Positions 20,649-30,750 of a stretch of DNA of 64,000 nucleotides are shown piece by piece. Positions within the stretch are counted from its first letter, which is position 1; each line of letters starts with the position of its first letter. This stretch comes from an uncultured bacterium (GTDB lineage Bacteria > Patescibacteriota > Saccharimonadia > UBA4664 > SCTI01), in contig CAVRJJ010000005.1 of the NCBI GenBank assembly GCA_963721685.1, positions 167,943 through 231,942 of the forward strand, written 5' to 3'. Position numbers and translations under genes: made by a program. The notes under the pieces were generated by a model. The model was not told where the DNA came from and made no database searches. It saw only the letters and a list, made by a program, of their open reading frames with translations.

Positions 20649-22156
20649 CGTTTTAGCTTTCTCCATAAACTGCGTAATAGGTTTGTTTCTTCCTTGTCCG
20701 CTAGGCCTAAGACTAAAAAGGCGGCTCCGCTGACTAGCACCACGACGCCGTAAGCAACTACAAAGCTCAGCAGGCTTGTTATGTACTGCTGCAGCAGGAA
20801 CGAAAGTCCCAACGATACGGCTACGAGCACGGAAAGTCGTGACAAAAGTCTAATGTAAAATTGCCGAGAAGAGAACTGTAAGATGCTTTTTTCAACATAG
20901 CGGACAAACCAAATACAGGGTAAAACCGAAAGTAAGTAAGCAAGCGCTGCCCCGTTAATCCCCATTGACGGAATTAATAGAAAGAGAAGGGCAATGTTTA
21001 GCACTCCGGAAATGACGGAAAATAGGGCGGCAACTTTGGGCTTGCCGGCACCGAATAGGACAAAGAAGGGGATAGCCGTCAGCGCGAGCAACGAATAGGT
21101 AGCAAGTAGCAGCTGGAGGACCACCGTGCTTTTATCGGCGAAGTCTTGCCCGAGCCATTGCAAAAGAAAGGAGTAGGCTAAGACATACATAGGTGTGATC
21201 CCCAGGGCAAGGAGGGTGAAAACGATTCTGGTGGCTCGGATATACAGTTTTTGCAGGCGTTCGACATTACCTTCGGCGAGCAAGCTCGAGCTCAAGGGGA
21301 AGATGACGGTTGTTAAAGCAACGATGCTGCCATGGATTTTTATTGTTAACGTTCCCGGAATTACGTAGTAGGCGACAGCCGCGGCGCTAAGCGTGGAAGC
21401 CAAAATAAATTTATCCAATTGAAACAAAACAGTGCTTGCCACGGAGCTAACAGTGGCATACCCGCCAAAAATTAACATTAATTTTAACGCGCGGCGGTCA
21501 ATACGCGGCCTAAAGCGCAGCGAGGGTATGAGGTGTCGGTTGATCGCCGCGTAGACAAATATAGCAAAAAAGCTAATAGAAAGACCCAGAACCACGATAC
21601 TTATTAAGCCGCCACCAAGTTTTAGTAATATAACGGTTAAAAGAACCGAGAAAGTCGATACAATAAGATTTAATTTGCCGGTAATGTCAAATCGTTGAAG
21701 CGCCCCCGGAAGGGCAGAAAAAGCCGACAATACCATATTGAGCAAAAATCCCAGCGCCGCCATATAGAGGACAATTTGCAGCAGTTCAACATTACTTGGG
21801 CTTACTTTAAATAGATTGGGGGCGAAATACCGTCCAAAGATTATTATTGCAAGGGCGGCAACGCTGCCCGCCAGAAAATAGAAAAATACAGCGGTATTAA
21901 AAAGGCGTCCAATAAAATCAAAGTTTTTCCGCGCGTGGTATTCCGCGGTGTATTTTACCAAAGAAGGCGAAACGCCAAAATCCAAAAAACCGAAAAAACC
22001 AATGAAAGCGATGACCAGGGCATAAATACCGTATTTCTCCGGGCCTAGCGTATGGACGATAAACGGAGTTACAAAAAAGGAAAGAATGACCGGCCAGGTA
22101 AATGCGGCTCCGTTATAAACGGAGTTTTTAGCCGTTTTTTTGGTTAATGTATCCAT
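20645..22156 (-). CDS. wzx: Polysaccharide flippase (Wzx, MOP/PST family)
   Basis: 503 aa with about 14 predicted transmembrane helices and the typical PST-family N-terminus. Confidence 0.8.
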   Translation of the reverse strand: MDTLTKKTAKNSVYNGAAFTWPVILSFFVTPFIVHTLGPEKYGIYALVIAFIGFFGFLDFGVSPSLVKYTAEYHARKNFDFIGRLFNTAVFFYFLAGSVAALAIIIFGRYFAPNLFKVSPSNVELLQIVLYMAALGFLLNMVLSAFSALPGALQRFDITGKLNLIVSTFSVLLTVILLKLGGGLISIVVLGLSISFFAIFVYAAINRHLIPSLRFRPRIDRRALKLMLIFGGYATVSSVASTVLFQLDKFILASTLSAAAVAYYVIPGTLTIKIHGSIVALTTVIFPLSSSLLAEGNVERLQKLYIRATRIVFTLLALGITPMYVLAYSFLLQWLGQDFADKSTVVLQLLLATYSLLALTAIPFFVLFGAGKPKVAALFSVISGVLNIALLFLLIPSMGINGAALAYLLSVLPCIWFVRYVEKSILQFSSRQFYIRLLSRLSVLVAVSLGLSFLLQQYITSLLSFVVAYGVVVLVSGAAFLVLGLADKEETNLLRSLWRKLKR

Positions 22157-23101
22157 TTAACTTTGCTCAGCGTGTTTCCGGTACCATTCTATTGTTTTAC
22201 GCAGGCCGTCTTCAAAAGTAGTTGTAGAGCTAAAACCAAATTCATGCTTTGCCCGCGTAGTATCAAGCTTGCGGCGCGGCTGGCCATTGGGCTTGGTTGT
22301 GTCCCAAGTCAGCTTGCCGGTAAATCCGGTCTCTCTGGCAATGATCTCAACCAGATCTTTAATTGAGACTTCGTATGATGAACCGAGGTTGACCGGTTCG
22401 CTGCTATTGTAGGCTTCGGCAGCCATCATAATGCCCGTGGCGGCGTCTTCTACATACAGAAATTCCCGGGTAGGTGAACCATCTCCCCAAACGATAATTT
22501 CGTTAGCATTGCTGTTAACCGCGTCTACACATTTTTTTATTAATGCCGGAATCACGTGGGAGCTTTCGGGGTTGAAGTTGTCGCCGGGACCGTAAAGGTT
22601 AACCGGTAAAAGAAAAATGGAATTGAAACCGTATTCTTGACGGTAGCCCTGGCTTTGGACCAACATCATTTTCTTCGCTAGACCGTAGGGGGCGTTAGTT
22701 TCCTCGGGATAGCCATTCCAGATATCTGTCTCTTTAAATGGAACGGGGGTATGCTTGGGGTAAGCGCAGACAGTACCGAGGGCCACGAACTTTGGGATTT
22801 GACGGAGATAGGCCTCATGCATTAGCTGGGTGCCCATCATCAGGTTGTCGTAGAAGAACGATCCCGGGTGTTCGCGGTTGGCGCCAATGCCGCCGACCCT
22901 GGCGGCAAGGTGGATAACCATTTCCGTTTCGGGCAGATCGTCATACATGCGCCGGACGTCTTCGAGCTTGACCAAGTCGTATTGCGAGTGCGGCGGCGTT
23001 GATACGCTTGCGCCACCAGCTCTGAGGCGCTTTGCAAGGTGGGTGCCCAAGAATCCGTTGCCGCCTGTAAGAATAATCTTTTTATTTTCCCAGAAGCTCA
23101 T
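22157..23101 (-). CDS. fcl: GDP-L-fucose synthase (GDP-4-keto-6-deoxymannose 3,5-epimerase/4-reductase)
   Basis: [31 protein letters not shown] and [20 protein letters not shown] parallel Fcl/WcaG. Confidence 0.75.
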   Translation of the reverse strand: MSFWENKKIILTGGNGFLGTHLAKRLRAGGASVSTPPHSQYDLVKLEDVRRMYDDLPETEMVIHLAARVGGIGANREHPGSFFYDNLMMGTQLMHEAYLRQIPKFVALGTVCAYPKHTPVPFKETDIWNGYPEETNAPYGLAKKMMLVQSQGYRQEYGFNSIFLLPVNLYGPGDNFNPESSHVIPALIKKCVDAVNSNANEIIVWGDGSPTREFLYVEDAATGIMMAAEAYNSSEPVNLGSSYEVSIKDLVEIIARETGFTGKLTWDTTKPNGQPRRKLDTTRAKHEFGFSSTTTFEDGLRKTIEWYRKHAEQS

Positions 23102-24303
23102 TATTTGCTCCGAAAAAAGCTGTTAAACGTGTTAATAATATAATCGAGGTCGTCGGTGGTAAACCCTTGGTGGCACCCAATGTAGAAGCCGCCGGCGTTG
23201 ATTTGCTTGGCCACTGGGTAATCGTCCTCAATGTCGCCGAAGCGTTCAATGTAGAAAGGTTGGTTGATAAGCGGCATCATGGGCCGCGTTTCTATAGCGT
23301 GCTCCTCCAAGTGTAATGTAAGCTCCTTGCTGCCTTCAGGATCTTTGTCGATAACCGGAAAAAGCATATAGGCGTGTTCAGCGTAGTCTGGTACTGAAGG
23401 CAGTTGGATATGGCCGGCATCTTCAAGTGGCTTGAGACCTTTAATAAGATACGCGGCGTTTGCCTGGCGTGTTTTAAGGATAGAGTCTTTGATCTCGAGT
23501 TGCGCCACCCCCAGGGCAGCCTCAAGCTCAGTAACCCGGTAGCTGTAGCCGAGCCGAATGAAATTAAACCGGCGCTCAATGATTGTTGAAAGCTCTTTAC
23601 CATGCTTATCTTTATCGTCATCAATGCTGAGGTATATGCCGTCACGACCGTGATTACAGAGGCTGCGCATCGTAACTGCCAGCTCATCATCGCTGGTAAT
23701 CGATAGGCCCCCGACCCCAGTTACCAGGAAATGGGCAACATACGTAGAGAAGCAGCCAATGTCACCGTGCGAGCCAACCGGCTTGCCATAGGCCTTCACA
23801 AACATAGTTTCGCAGGAGTCTTCAACAACGCGAAGATTGTGCTTGCGTGCAATTTCCATAATGGGCTCCATGTCAGCCGGCAGGCCAAACAAATGAACCG
23901 GCACAATAGCTTTGGTGCGGGAGGTAATTTTTTCTTCAATCAACTTAGGGTCAATATTGTAAGTCTGAGGGTCGACATCGACAAAGACGGGTTTTAGGTT
24001 TAACATGATGGCCACGTTTGAAGTGGCGATAAAGGTAACCGCCGGGATAATAATTTCGTCGCCGTCCTGCCAGCCATATTTTTCATGCAAAGCGGCTAAC
24101 GCAACTTGTAAAGCGCTGGTGCCGGAGTTTGACATCACGGCATGACGGGTATCGTGAATGGAGGCAAATTCTTGTTCAAACCGTTTGGTGAAGGGGCCAT
24201 ATGACAGTCGATTGTTATCGAGCGCTTGATTGACGTAACGCTTCTCGTTATCAGATATAGTTAGACAACCAACGCCGAGTTGCTCTGTGGGCTTGTACAA
24301 CAA
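23101..24303 (-). CDS. DegT/DnrJ/EryC1/StrS-family PLP-dependent sugar aminotransferase (possible GDP-perosamine synthase-like)
   Basis: Fold-type I sugar aminotransferase motifs ([14 protein letters not shown], lysine region). The context with gmd suggests a GDP-4-keto-6-deoxymannose substrate; this is an inference. Confidence 0.8.
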   Translation of the reverse strand: MLYKPTEQLGVGCLTISDNEKRYVNQALDNNRLSYGPFTKRFEQEFASIHDTRHAVMSNSGTSALQVALAALHEKYGWQDGDEIIIPAVTFIATSNVAIMLNLKPVFVDVDPQTYNIDPKLIEEKITSRTKAIVPVHLFGLPADMEPIMEIARKHNLRVVEDSCETMFVKAYGKPVGSHGDIGCFSTYVAHFLVTGVGGLSITSDDELAVTMRSLCNHGRDGIYLSIDDDKDKHGKELSTIIERRFNFIRLGYSYRVTELEAALGVAQLEIKDSILKTRQANAAYLIKGLKPLEDAGHIQLPSVPDYAEHAYMLFPVIDKDPEGSKELTLHLEEHAIETRPMMPLINQPFYIERFGDIEDDYPVAKQINAGGFYIGCHQGFTTDDLDYIINTFNSFFRSK

Positions 24304-24357
24304 TTCCTCCGGTATTTAACTGATTCAGTATAACAATTTTGGGAGGTTTTCGGAAGC

Positions 24358-26280
24358 CTACTGCACCGTACTGTGAAAGTTCATCCCGACGTCATTCATC
24401 CATATAATACTTTCAGCTACCGGGTTAAAGTATTCTGAATACGTGCCCAATGTCAGAGGGGCCTTATAGTCAAACTCGAACGTTCCAACTTGGCCCGGGG
24501 CAACGCTAATTTCCTTTAGGCCGGTGGGACGTTTATTCCATAGCCATCCCGGTGCCGCGAAACCGCTCACCCGCTCAAAAGGATGGGAAGTGCCCACGCG
24601 CACGGGATACGGTCCGCCTTGATACCAGGTTGCGTTGCCGGTATTCCGGGCCGTAAAGCCAATGAAGACCGTTTGTCCGGGTGCTAGGTTGGAAAGGTTA
24701 ACGGACGTGGTTTTTGTGCTGTTTGAATAGGCGTATTGGCTGACAAGCGACCAGCTGTAACCGCTCTTTACCTGGGTATAGAAGCTCAGGCCAATATCTT
24801 TCATCCAAGTAATTCCTTCAGCTAACAGGTTGTAACGGGGAATAAAGGTGCCTTCACCTGGCGGAACGGTAATGGGAAATTCGAAAGTTCCGGTAGCTCC
24901 CGGCGCTACACTGGCCTCAAGCATATTGGCCGGACGGCTAACGCCCAGCCAAGCTGGTGTGTGGTAGCGGTCAACGCGTTCTTTAGGCCCCTCGGTCCCC
25001 AGACGAATTGGATGTGCTCCGCTGTTAGTCCAGGTAACATTACCCGTGTTGGTGGCTCGTATGACTAACCAAGCCGATTGGCCTGGAGACAAGCCGCCCA
25101 GATTGGTGGGTGTGGTTTTTGCGCTTGTGGTGTAGGCCGATTGCCCAGCAAGCGACCAGGAATATATGTCTGGCACGACTGTCGCGTTGAAATAAAGCCC
25201 GGGGTCATTCATCCACATATTGCCTTCAACCAGAAGATTAAAATATTCCTTAAAGGTGCCCCCCGCCGGGGGCATTTTGGCGGTGAAGGTGAACGTACCG
25301 GTTTGTCCGGCCGCGACGCTGGCTTCGTTTAACGTGGCGGGCCGCGACGGGCTTAGCCAGCCGGTATTGGAAAACGCGCTGGATCGATCGTTGGGGCGGC
25401 TGGCTCCGAGACGAACGGGATTAGGGCCGCTATTCGTCCAGGTATTAAAGCCGGAGTTAAGCGCGCTTACCGTAAAGGTAGCGACCTCGCCACCCCTAAT
25501 ACCATTAAGGGACTTGTTTGTAGTCTGCCCCGCGTACGTCCAGGCGTAAGTAACTCCCCGCACGCTACCGAACCAGCTTTCAAAAATGCCGGGGAACGAT
25601 TGGTTTAAGTGAGGAGTGTAGGTAAAAAGAGAAGCAGTAGTGCCGTTGGCAATAAAGAGCCGCTGACCGTCGATGGTAGCGTATCCGTCATAGCTAACCT
25701 CTGCACAACTGCCGCAACGCTTTCGTACCCCAGCCGTCATATACCCCACATACGTGATGTCGTCGTCACCGTCCCAGGCGGTATTGCCGTAAGCGCGCTC
25801 CTTATTAAATTTTAGTTGCCAAGAACCCCACAGCACTTGCCGGGTGAATCCAGCGTATTTTGGATTACAGCCTCCCGAGTCAGGACAGCCATATCCCATT
25901 GCCGAGTTGTATCTCCATCCGTCACAGGAAGTACCTGAAATTAAGCTTTGCTCCTTTTGGAGGGTAGTTATAATTACTTGCGGGTTTAGGCCCCACTGCT
26001 GGGCAGCCTTATAGATGATACGCGAAGCCGGGACGCTACCGGTATAAGACCATGATGATCCATTCCAGGACGGCTCCACATCGTGAAGGTTTACCAGACA
26101 GGGACCCTTTGAAGCCAGGAACGCCTGGATCTGCGCCTCAGACATACTATTGACCTTATCGAAAACGGAATCATCCATCATGTTGGAGTTACTATAATCG
26201 GCGGCGTGGGCGGTACTTCCAAACCCCATACTTATAAATGCCAGGACAAAGCTAAAGATGCTGAGACGTAGTAATTTCAT
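24358..26280 (-). CDS. Secreted surface protein: Cys-rich N-terminal domain plus three copies of a ~125-aa four-Trp repeat domain
   Basis: Signal peptide MKLLRLSIFSFVLAFISMGFGSTAHA. Three repeats of the pattern YAWTYAGQ ... NSGFNTWTNSGPNPVRLGASRP ... WL ... EASVAPGQTGTFTF ... EGNMWMNDPGLYF. Paralogous to the repeats in 48863..50572. Confidence 0.7.
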   Translation of the reverse strand: MKLLRLSIFSFVLAFISMGFGSTAHAADYSNSNMMDDSVFDKVNSMSEAQIQAFLASKGPCLVNLHDVEPSWNGSSWSYTGSVPASRIIYKAAQQWGLNPQVIITTLQKEQSLISGTSCDGWRYNSAMGYGCPDSGGCNPKYAGFTRQVLWGSWQLKFNKERAYGNTAWDGDDDITYVGYMTAGVRKRCGSCAEVSYDGYATIDGQRLFIANGTTASLFTYTPHLNQSFPGIFESWFGSVRGVTYAWTYAGQTTNKSLNGIRGGEVATFTVSALNSGFNTWTNSGPNPVRLGASRPNDRSSAFSNTGWLSPSRPATLNEASVAAGQTGTFTFTAKMPPAGGTFKEYFNLLVEGNMWMNDPGLYFNATVVPDIYSWSLAGQSAYTTSAKTTPTNLGGLSPGQSAWLVIRATNTGNVTWTNSGAHPIRLGTEGPKERVDRYHTPAWLGVSRPANMLEASVAPGATGTFEFPITVPPGEGTFIPRYNLLAEGITWMKDIGLSFYTQVKSGYSWSLVSQYAYSNSTKTTSVNLSNLAPGQTVFIGFTARNTGNATWYQGGPYPVRVGTSHPFERVSGFAAPGWLWNKRPTGLKEISVAPGQVGTFEFDYKAPLTLGTYSEYFNPVAESIIWMNDVGMNFHSTVQ

Positions 26281-26795
26281 TAAGGGCTCACTGTTAATAG
26301 TTGGGGATTTGATTTAGCGCTTTGGCCATCTTTTGAAGCTACCGCCCGGATGGACCATTGGCCCAGTGAAAGCTGTTTTGCGTTCCAGTTAAAGATTACA
26401 CCATCGCTGGCCGTGGTGCTTCCAATTACTTTGGTGTCACTTACCTTGATAGTCTGGGTATCTCTAGTCGCTTCAATATAGCAAGAAGCCCCGGCAAGCG
26501 AACGGCAGACCGACTCCATGCCGGTAGGCCCGGAGAGGCTGACAGAACTTGTATTATTGATAGGACCAATAGGCTGTGCCAGCGTTGAGCTCGTTGGGCG
26601 GCTAGGGTTGGGCTGCGGTGTTGTCGTGGGCGCGGGAGAGGTATCTGTATTAGGCCCGGCGTGAATCTCGGTATCGGCGGAGCTTGATGGAGTATAGCCT
26701 GGTTGGGTTGCTTTAATGTAAGCGGCAACACCCACCACAATGAGGGCTAACGTGGCTAATATAAGAATAGTTTTGTTTTTGGCGGATCGTTTCAT
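26280..26795 (-). CDS. Membrane-anchored Pro/Thr/Ser-rich protein with C-terminal beta-rich domain
   Basis: N-terminal transmembrane anchor, low-complexity PT linker. The stop overlaps the start of the downstream repeat protein (operon). Confidence 0.5.
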   Translation of the reverse strand: MKRSAKNKTILILATLALIVVGVAAYIKATQPGYTPSSSADTEIHAGPNTDTSPAPTTTPQPNPSRPTSSTLAQPIGPINNTSSVSLSGPTGMESVCRSLAGASCYIEATRDTQTIKVSDTKVIGSTTASDGVIFNWNAKQLSLGQWSIRAVASKDGQSAKSNPQLLTVSP

Positions 26796-26861
26796 GTTTC
26801 GCCCCTATCCATAACCATTATAAAAGATAGACCTATCTTAAGCAAACCCGGTCAGCCCCGA

Positions 26862-27833
26862 CTATTTGAGCCGTTCGAAAAAGTCCTTGTGCCACTGAAC
26901 CGCGTCCGACACGATGTGCTCAAGATGAAGTTGCGGGTGCCAATCCAAGATTCGGCTGGCCAGGGTGTTGGAGGCGATCAGGCTGCCACTATCGCCCGGA
27001 CGCCGCTCGGTTAGCTGGTAAGGGACTTGGGAGTGAATAGCCTTTTCAACTGCCTTTATAATTTCCAACACCGAAGACCCGTGATTAGTCCCCAGGTTAA
27101 TAGAGGTGTTAATAGTTTGACCTGACACCATAGCTTCGGCGGCAAGCACATGGGCGCGCGCGACATCAACCACGTGGATATAATCGCGCAAACAGGTGCC
27201 ATCGGGAGTTTCGTAATCAGAACCAAACACATCGAGTTTCCGGCCCTGCTTCAGCGATTGAAAGATGCAGGGGATTAAGTGTTGGGTTTCCGGATAGTCG
27301 CCAACCTGTTTGTAGGCACCGGCGGCGTTGAAGTAGCGAAACGCCACCCAGTTCATTTCGTGGGTAGTTTGGTAGCTCTTTAATATCTGCTCGGCCAGAT
27401 ATTTACTGGCTCCATAAGGGTTAACCGGGTGAATGGCAGCCTCTTCATCAATGGGAATGGATTCCGGTTCACCATAAACCGCGGCGGTGGATGAAAATAT
27501 AATCCGCTTTACTTCAGCTTGAGCGGCGGTTTCTACTACATTGAGAGTTCCTAGCGTATTGGTATTGAAATAACTATGTGGATTGGCTACCGATTCGGCA
27601 ATGCGCAGTTTAGCCGCGAAATCTAAGACAATATCAAATTGATGGCCCTTAAAAGCTTTTTCCAGATCATTACGATTGGTAATATCACCGGTAATAAGTT
27701 CAAAATCGGCTACGTTGTGGCGGTATCCGGTGGAGAGGTTGTCGAAGATTGTGACACTATGACCTTTTTCCCGCATAAGATGGGCCGTAGTTGCACCAAT
27801 GTAGCCGGCGCCGCCAGCGATAAAAACCTTCAT
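26862..27833 (-). CDS. galE: UDP-glucose 4-epimerase
   Basis: MKVFIAGGAGYIG... and the YxxxK region. The ATG at 27833 is preferred over the track's TTG at 27857. Confidence 0.85.
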   Translation of the reverse strand: MKVFIAGGAGYIGATTAHLMREKGHSVTIFDNLSTGYRHNVADFELITGDITNRNDLEKAFKGHQFDIVLDFAAKLRIAESVANPHSYFNTNTLGTLNVVETAAQAEVKRIIFSSTAAVYGEPESIPIDEEAAIHPVNPYGASKYLAEQILKSYQTTHEMNWVAFRYFNAAGAYKQVGDYPETQHLIPCIFQSLKQGRKLDVFGSDYETPDGTCLRDYIHVVDVARAHVLAAEAMVSGQTINTSINLGTNHGSSVLEIIKAVEKAIHSQVPYQLTERRPGDSGSLIASNTLASRILDWHPQLHLEHIVSDAVQWHKDFFERLK

Positions 27834-27901
27834 AGGGTAAATTTTACTGGTTGCCAAGCTAATATGCCAGCTATCTGGGCCGCCCCATGTATAATTGGTG
27901 C

Positions 27902-28951
27902 ATGATAATTGTGATTATTGCTGGCGGGTCAGGTACGCGGTTGTGGCCGCTAAGCCAAGAGAATTACCCCAAACACCTGTTAGCGCTGACCGGGAAAACT
28001 TCATTATTGCAAAATACGGTAGCCCGCGCCCGCGCCATTACACCCACCGTTTACGTGATAACCGAACGCTCCCAGGTGGGCGAGGTCCACAAGCAGCTTC
28101 CCGACATCCCCAGTAACTATATTATTGCCGAGCCCGGCCGTCGCGGGACCGCGTCGTGTATTGTTTTGGCGCTTGCAACCCTGGCAGAACATCATCCGGC
28201 GTCTGAGCCAGTTGTCTTTTTCCACGCTGATTCGCATATTGCCGACCGGGAAGAGTTTGCAAAGGCGGTTGAAACGGCCGCCTCAGCCTCCGTCCATCAT
28301 TCCCAAATAGCCCTGATCGGTGTACGCCCAACTTACGCCGCCACTGGTTTTGGCTATATCCATCGAGGAGCCCAAGTAAAAAGCCGTCAAGAACTGTACG
28401 AGGTTCAATCATTTATGGAAAAGCCCAACGCCGCCACGGCCCACAAATACATGAAAGCCGGAACCTATTTATGGAATATCGGGCTTTTTGCCGCGCCAAT
28501 TGAGGTGTGGGAGCGAGCCTTAAAGACTTACGCGCCCGAATTAGCGCAAGGGTATAGGCAACTGGCCAAAGCACTAGATGATCCCTCTAAACTCAGCGAG
28601 GTCTACTTGTCCCAAAAGAGCCAAGCGATTGATATAGCCTTAATTGAGAAAGCATCGGGCTTACTGGTGGTGCCAGGTGCTTTTGATTGGGCTGATATTG
28701 GATCTTTCCAAGACCTTCATAAGATTTTACAGGACAAGAACCATAACGTTTTAAAAGGCGACATTGCCATAAAAGATTCGCAGGATGTCATGGTTTACAG
28801 TACCACCGGAAAGCCGGTGATCGCGATTGGCCTTTCCGACCTGGTAGTAGTTGACACGCCAAACGGGTTACTCGTTTGCGATAAAAAACGTTCCCAGTTG
28901 GTAGGGGACGCCGCTAAAAGGCTGCAAGCGCGTAAAACTGGCGCTAAGTAA
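27902..28951 (+). CDS. manC: Mannose-1-phosphate guanylyltransferase (GDP-mannose pyrophosphorylase)
   Basis: IIVIIAGGSGTRLWPLS nucleotidyltransferase motif. Start chosen at the ATG at 27902, which lies 6 nt after a TATAAT (27890-27895); this may be a leaderless mRNA. The track ORF starts at 27887. Confidence 0.8.
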   Translation: MIIVIIAGGSGTRLWPLSQENYPKHLLALTGKTSLLQNTVARARAITPTVYVITERSQVGEVHKQLPDIPSNYIIAEPGRRGTASCIVLALATLAEHHPASEPVVFFHADSHIADREEFAKAVETAASASVHHSQIALIGVRPTYAATGFGYIHRGAQVKSRQELYEVQSFMEKPNAATAHKYMKAGTYLWNIGLFAAPIEVWERALKTYAPELAQGYRQLAKALDDPSKLSEVYLSQKSQAIDIALIEKASGLLVVPGAFDWADIGSFQDLHKILQDKNHNVLKGDIAIKDSQDVMVYSTTGKPVIAIGLSDLVVVDTPNGLLVCDKKRSQLVGDAAKRLQARKTGAK

Positions 28952-28993
28952 AATGCAAGCGGTTTCGATAGATTTAGCTATACTATAGGTGTT

Positions 28994-30736
28994 ATGAATA
29001 GGACGACTTTTTTACGTTATCGTTGGCTGTTCCTCACCCTAGCCGCAGTTGGCGCGGGTTTGTTTGGGTTGGTCGGTTTTTCGCTTGCCCACGTTGGTAA
29101 AATTTATCCGGGTGTAACGGTTAATGGGACTGACGTTGGTGGGTTAACGCGGGGAGAGGCCGAAGTAAAGCTTAAAGCGCGGGCCGAGGCGTACGCTTCA
29201 CAGCAGCTACCGGTTCGGTATTACGATACTACTCTGCGGATACCAATTAAGGCCGTGGGGGTTAGTTATGATACCAAGGCTATTGACCGGGCTCTACGGT
29301 TTGGGCGTGAAGGGGGGATTGCCGGCCAGCTAAGCAATCGCTTGCGGGCACTTGCTGGACGTTCTACCAGTTTTACCAGCCCTCACTTTGATGACTCCCT
29401 GCTCACGCCGTTTCTGGCACATATTGATGACGAGGTTGGACGTCCCGTTGCTAATGCCAGCCTCACCTTTACTGGTGGGGCAGTTGGTGTGGAACCTTCG
29501 CACCCAGGCTACCGGCTGGACCGGGGACGGCTGACGATGGCTGTAATCGAGCGGCTTTCTACCATGAGCTCCAAACAGCTGATCGCGCCGGTTTATACTG
29601 TTAGCCCTACCATTGATGGAGAAACGCTGAAAGCTGCCCGCAAAGAAGCTGACACCTACGCGGCATCAGCTTTGGTTTTAAAAACCGGCAATTTAACCCC
29701 CGTGGTTGATCAAGCCAAGATTCTTAGTTGGATTGACGTATCCACACCCGCCGGGCGTACCGACCTGCCAATTGACCCGCTTAATCAATTTTATGACACT
29801 CTTGTCGCGCCCGAAGTACGGCTGGGGTTGAATGAGGCCAAGGTGGCCGTCTATGTGTCGGAATTGGCTGCTAGTATTGATAAAACACCCAGGAATGCCG
29901 TGCTGGCTATGCAGAATGGACAGCTGACAATAACCCAGCCCAGCCAAGACGGGGTATCGCTCGACCAGGTCCAGTCGGTGCAGCGCATTATAGCGGCGCT
30001 AGGAAAATCCGGTACCGACCGCACGGCAACTCTTCCGGGCAAGGTGACCCCGGCCGAAGTAAACGAAAACAATCTAGCAAGCCTAGGAATTAAAGAACAA
30101 ATCAGCCAAGGGCAAACATTCTTTCCCGGTTCGCCCTCCACCCGGCTAACCAATGTGCGCGTTGGCCAAGCACTCTACAATGGGGTCTTGTTAAAGCCTG
30201 ACGAGGTTTTCTCCTTCGGTAAAATATTAGGCGATGTCGGTCCGGCCCAAGGATATGTGCCGGAGCTGGTTATATTGGCCGACCGGACGGAAAAACAGTA
30301 TGGCGGGGGATTGTGCCAGGTTAGTTCTACGGCTTACCGGGCCGCTCTCAACGCCGGCCTGCCGATTTTGCAGCGAGTGAACCATTCGTACGCGGTTAGC
30401 TACTACACCGCACCTTATGGTGTGCCTGGAGTTGATGCCACCATTTATTACCCTCAAGTGGATTTTAAGTTTAAGAACGATACCGGACACTACATATTAA
30501 TTCAAACCCGTATGGAAGGTACTACCCTAACCTTTGACTTCTTTGGCACTAAAACCAAATCCGGTGAAATTCGCGGACCCTCATTTATAAGCGGCAACGG
30601 GGATCCCAAGCAGGCTTCCAGAACGGTATTCTACCGCGATATTAAAGACTTGAGCGGCAATGTCATTAAGACCGATACGGTCTTTACCAACTACAAGCCA
30701 AGCACTGACTTCCCGATTGATAAGCAGTTTAACTAA
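28994..30736 (+). CDS. VanW/YoaR-like protein (N-terminal transmembrane helix, PG-binding-like region, VanW domain)
   Basis: 580 aa. Single N-terminal transmembrane helix and a C-terminal region with VanW-family features (GGGLCQVSSTAYRAALNAGLPI). Confidence 0.7.
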   Translation: MNRTTFLRYRWLFLTLAAVGAGLFGLVGFSLAHVGKIYPGVTVNGTDVGGLTRGEAEVKLKARAEAYASQQLPVRYYDTTLRIPIKAVGVSYDTKAIDRALRFGREGGIAGQLSNRLRALAGRSTSFTSPHFDDSLLTPFLAHIDDEVGRPVANASLTFTGGAVGVEPSHPGYRLDRGRLTMAVIERLSTMSSKQLIAPVYTVSPTIDGETLKAARKEADTYAASALVLKTGNLTPVVDQAKILSWIDVSTPAGRTDLPIDPLNQFYDTLVAPEVRLGLNEAKVAVYVSELAASIDKTPRNAVLAMQNGQLTITQPSQDGVSLDQVQSVQRIIAALGKSGTDRTATLPGKVTPAEVNENNLASLGIKEQISQGQTFFPGSPSTRLTNVRVGQALYNGVLLKPDEVFSFGKILGDVGPAQGYVPELVILADRTEKQYGGGLCQVSSTAYRAALNAGLPILQRVNHSYAVSYYTAPYGVPGVDATIYYPQVDFKFKNDTGHYILIQTRMEGTTLTFDFFGTKTKSGEIRGPSFISGNGDPKQASRTVFYRDIKDLSGNVIKTDTVFTNYKPSTDFPIDKQFN

Positions 30737-30750
30737 GGTATGCTAGCAAC

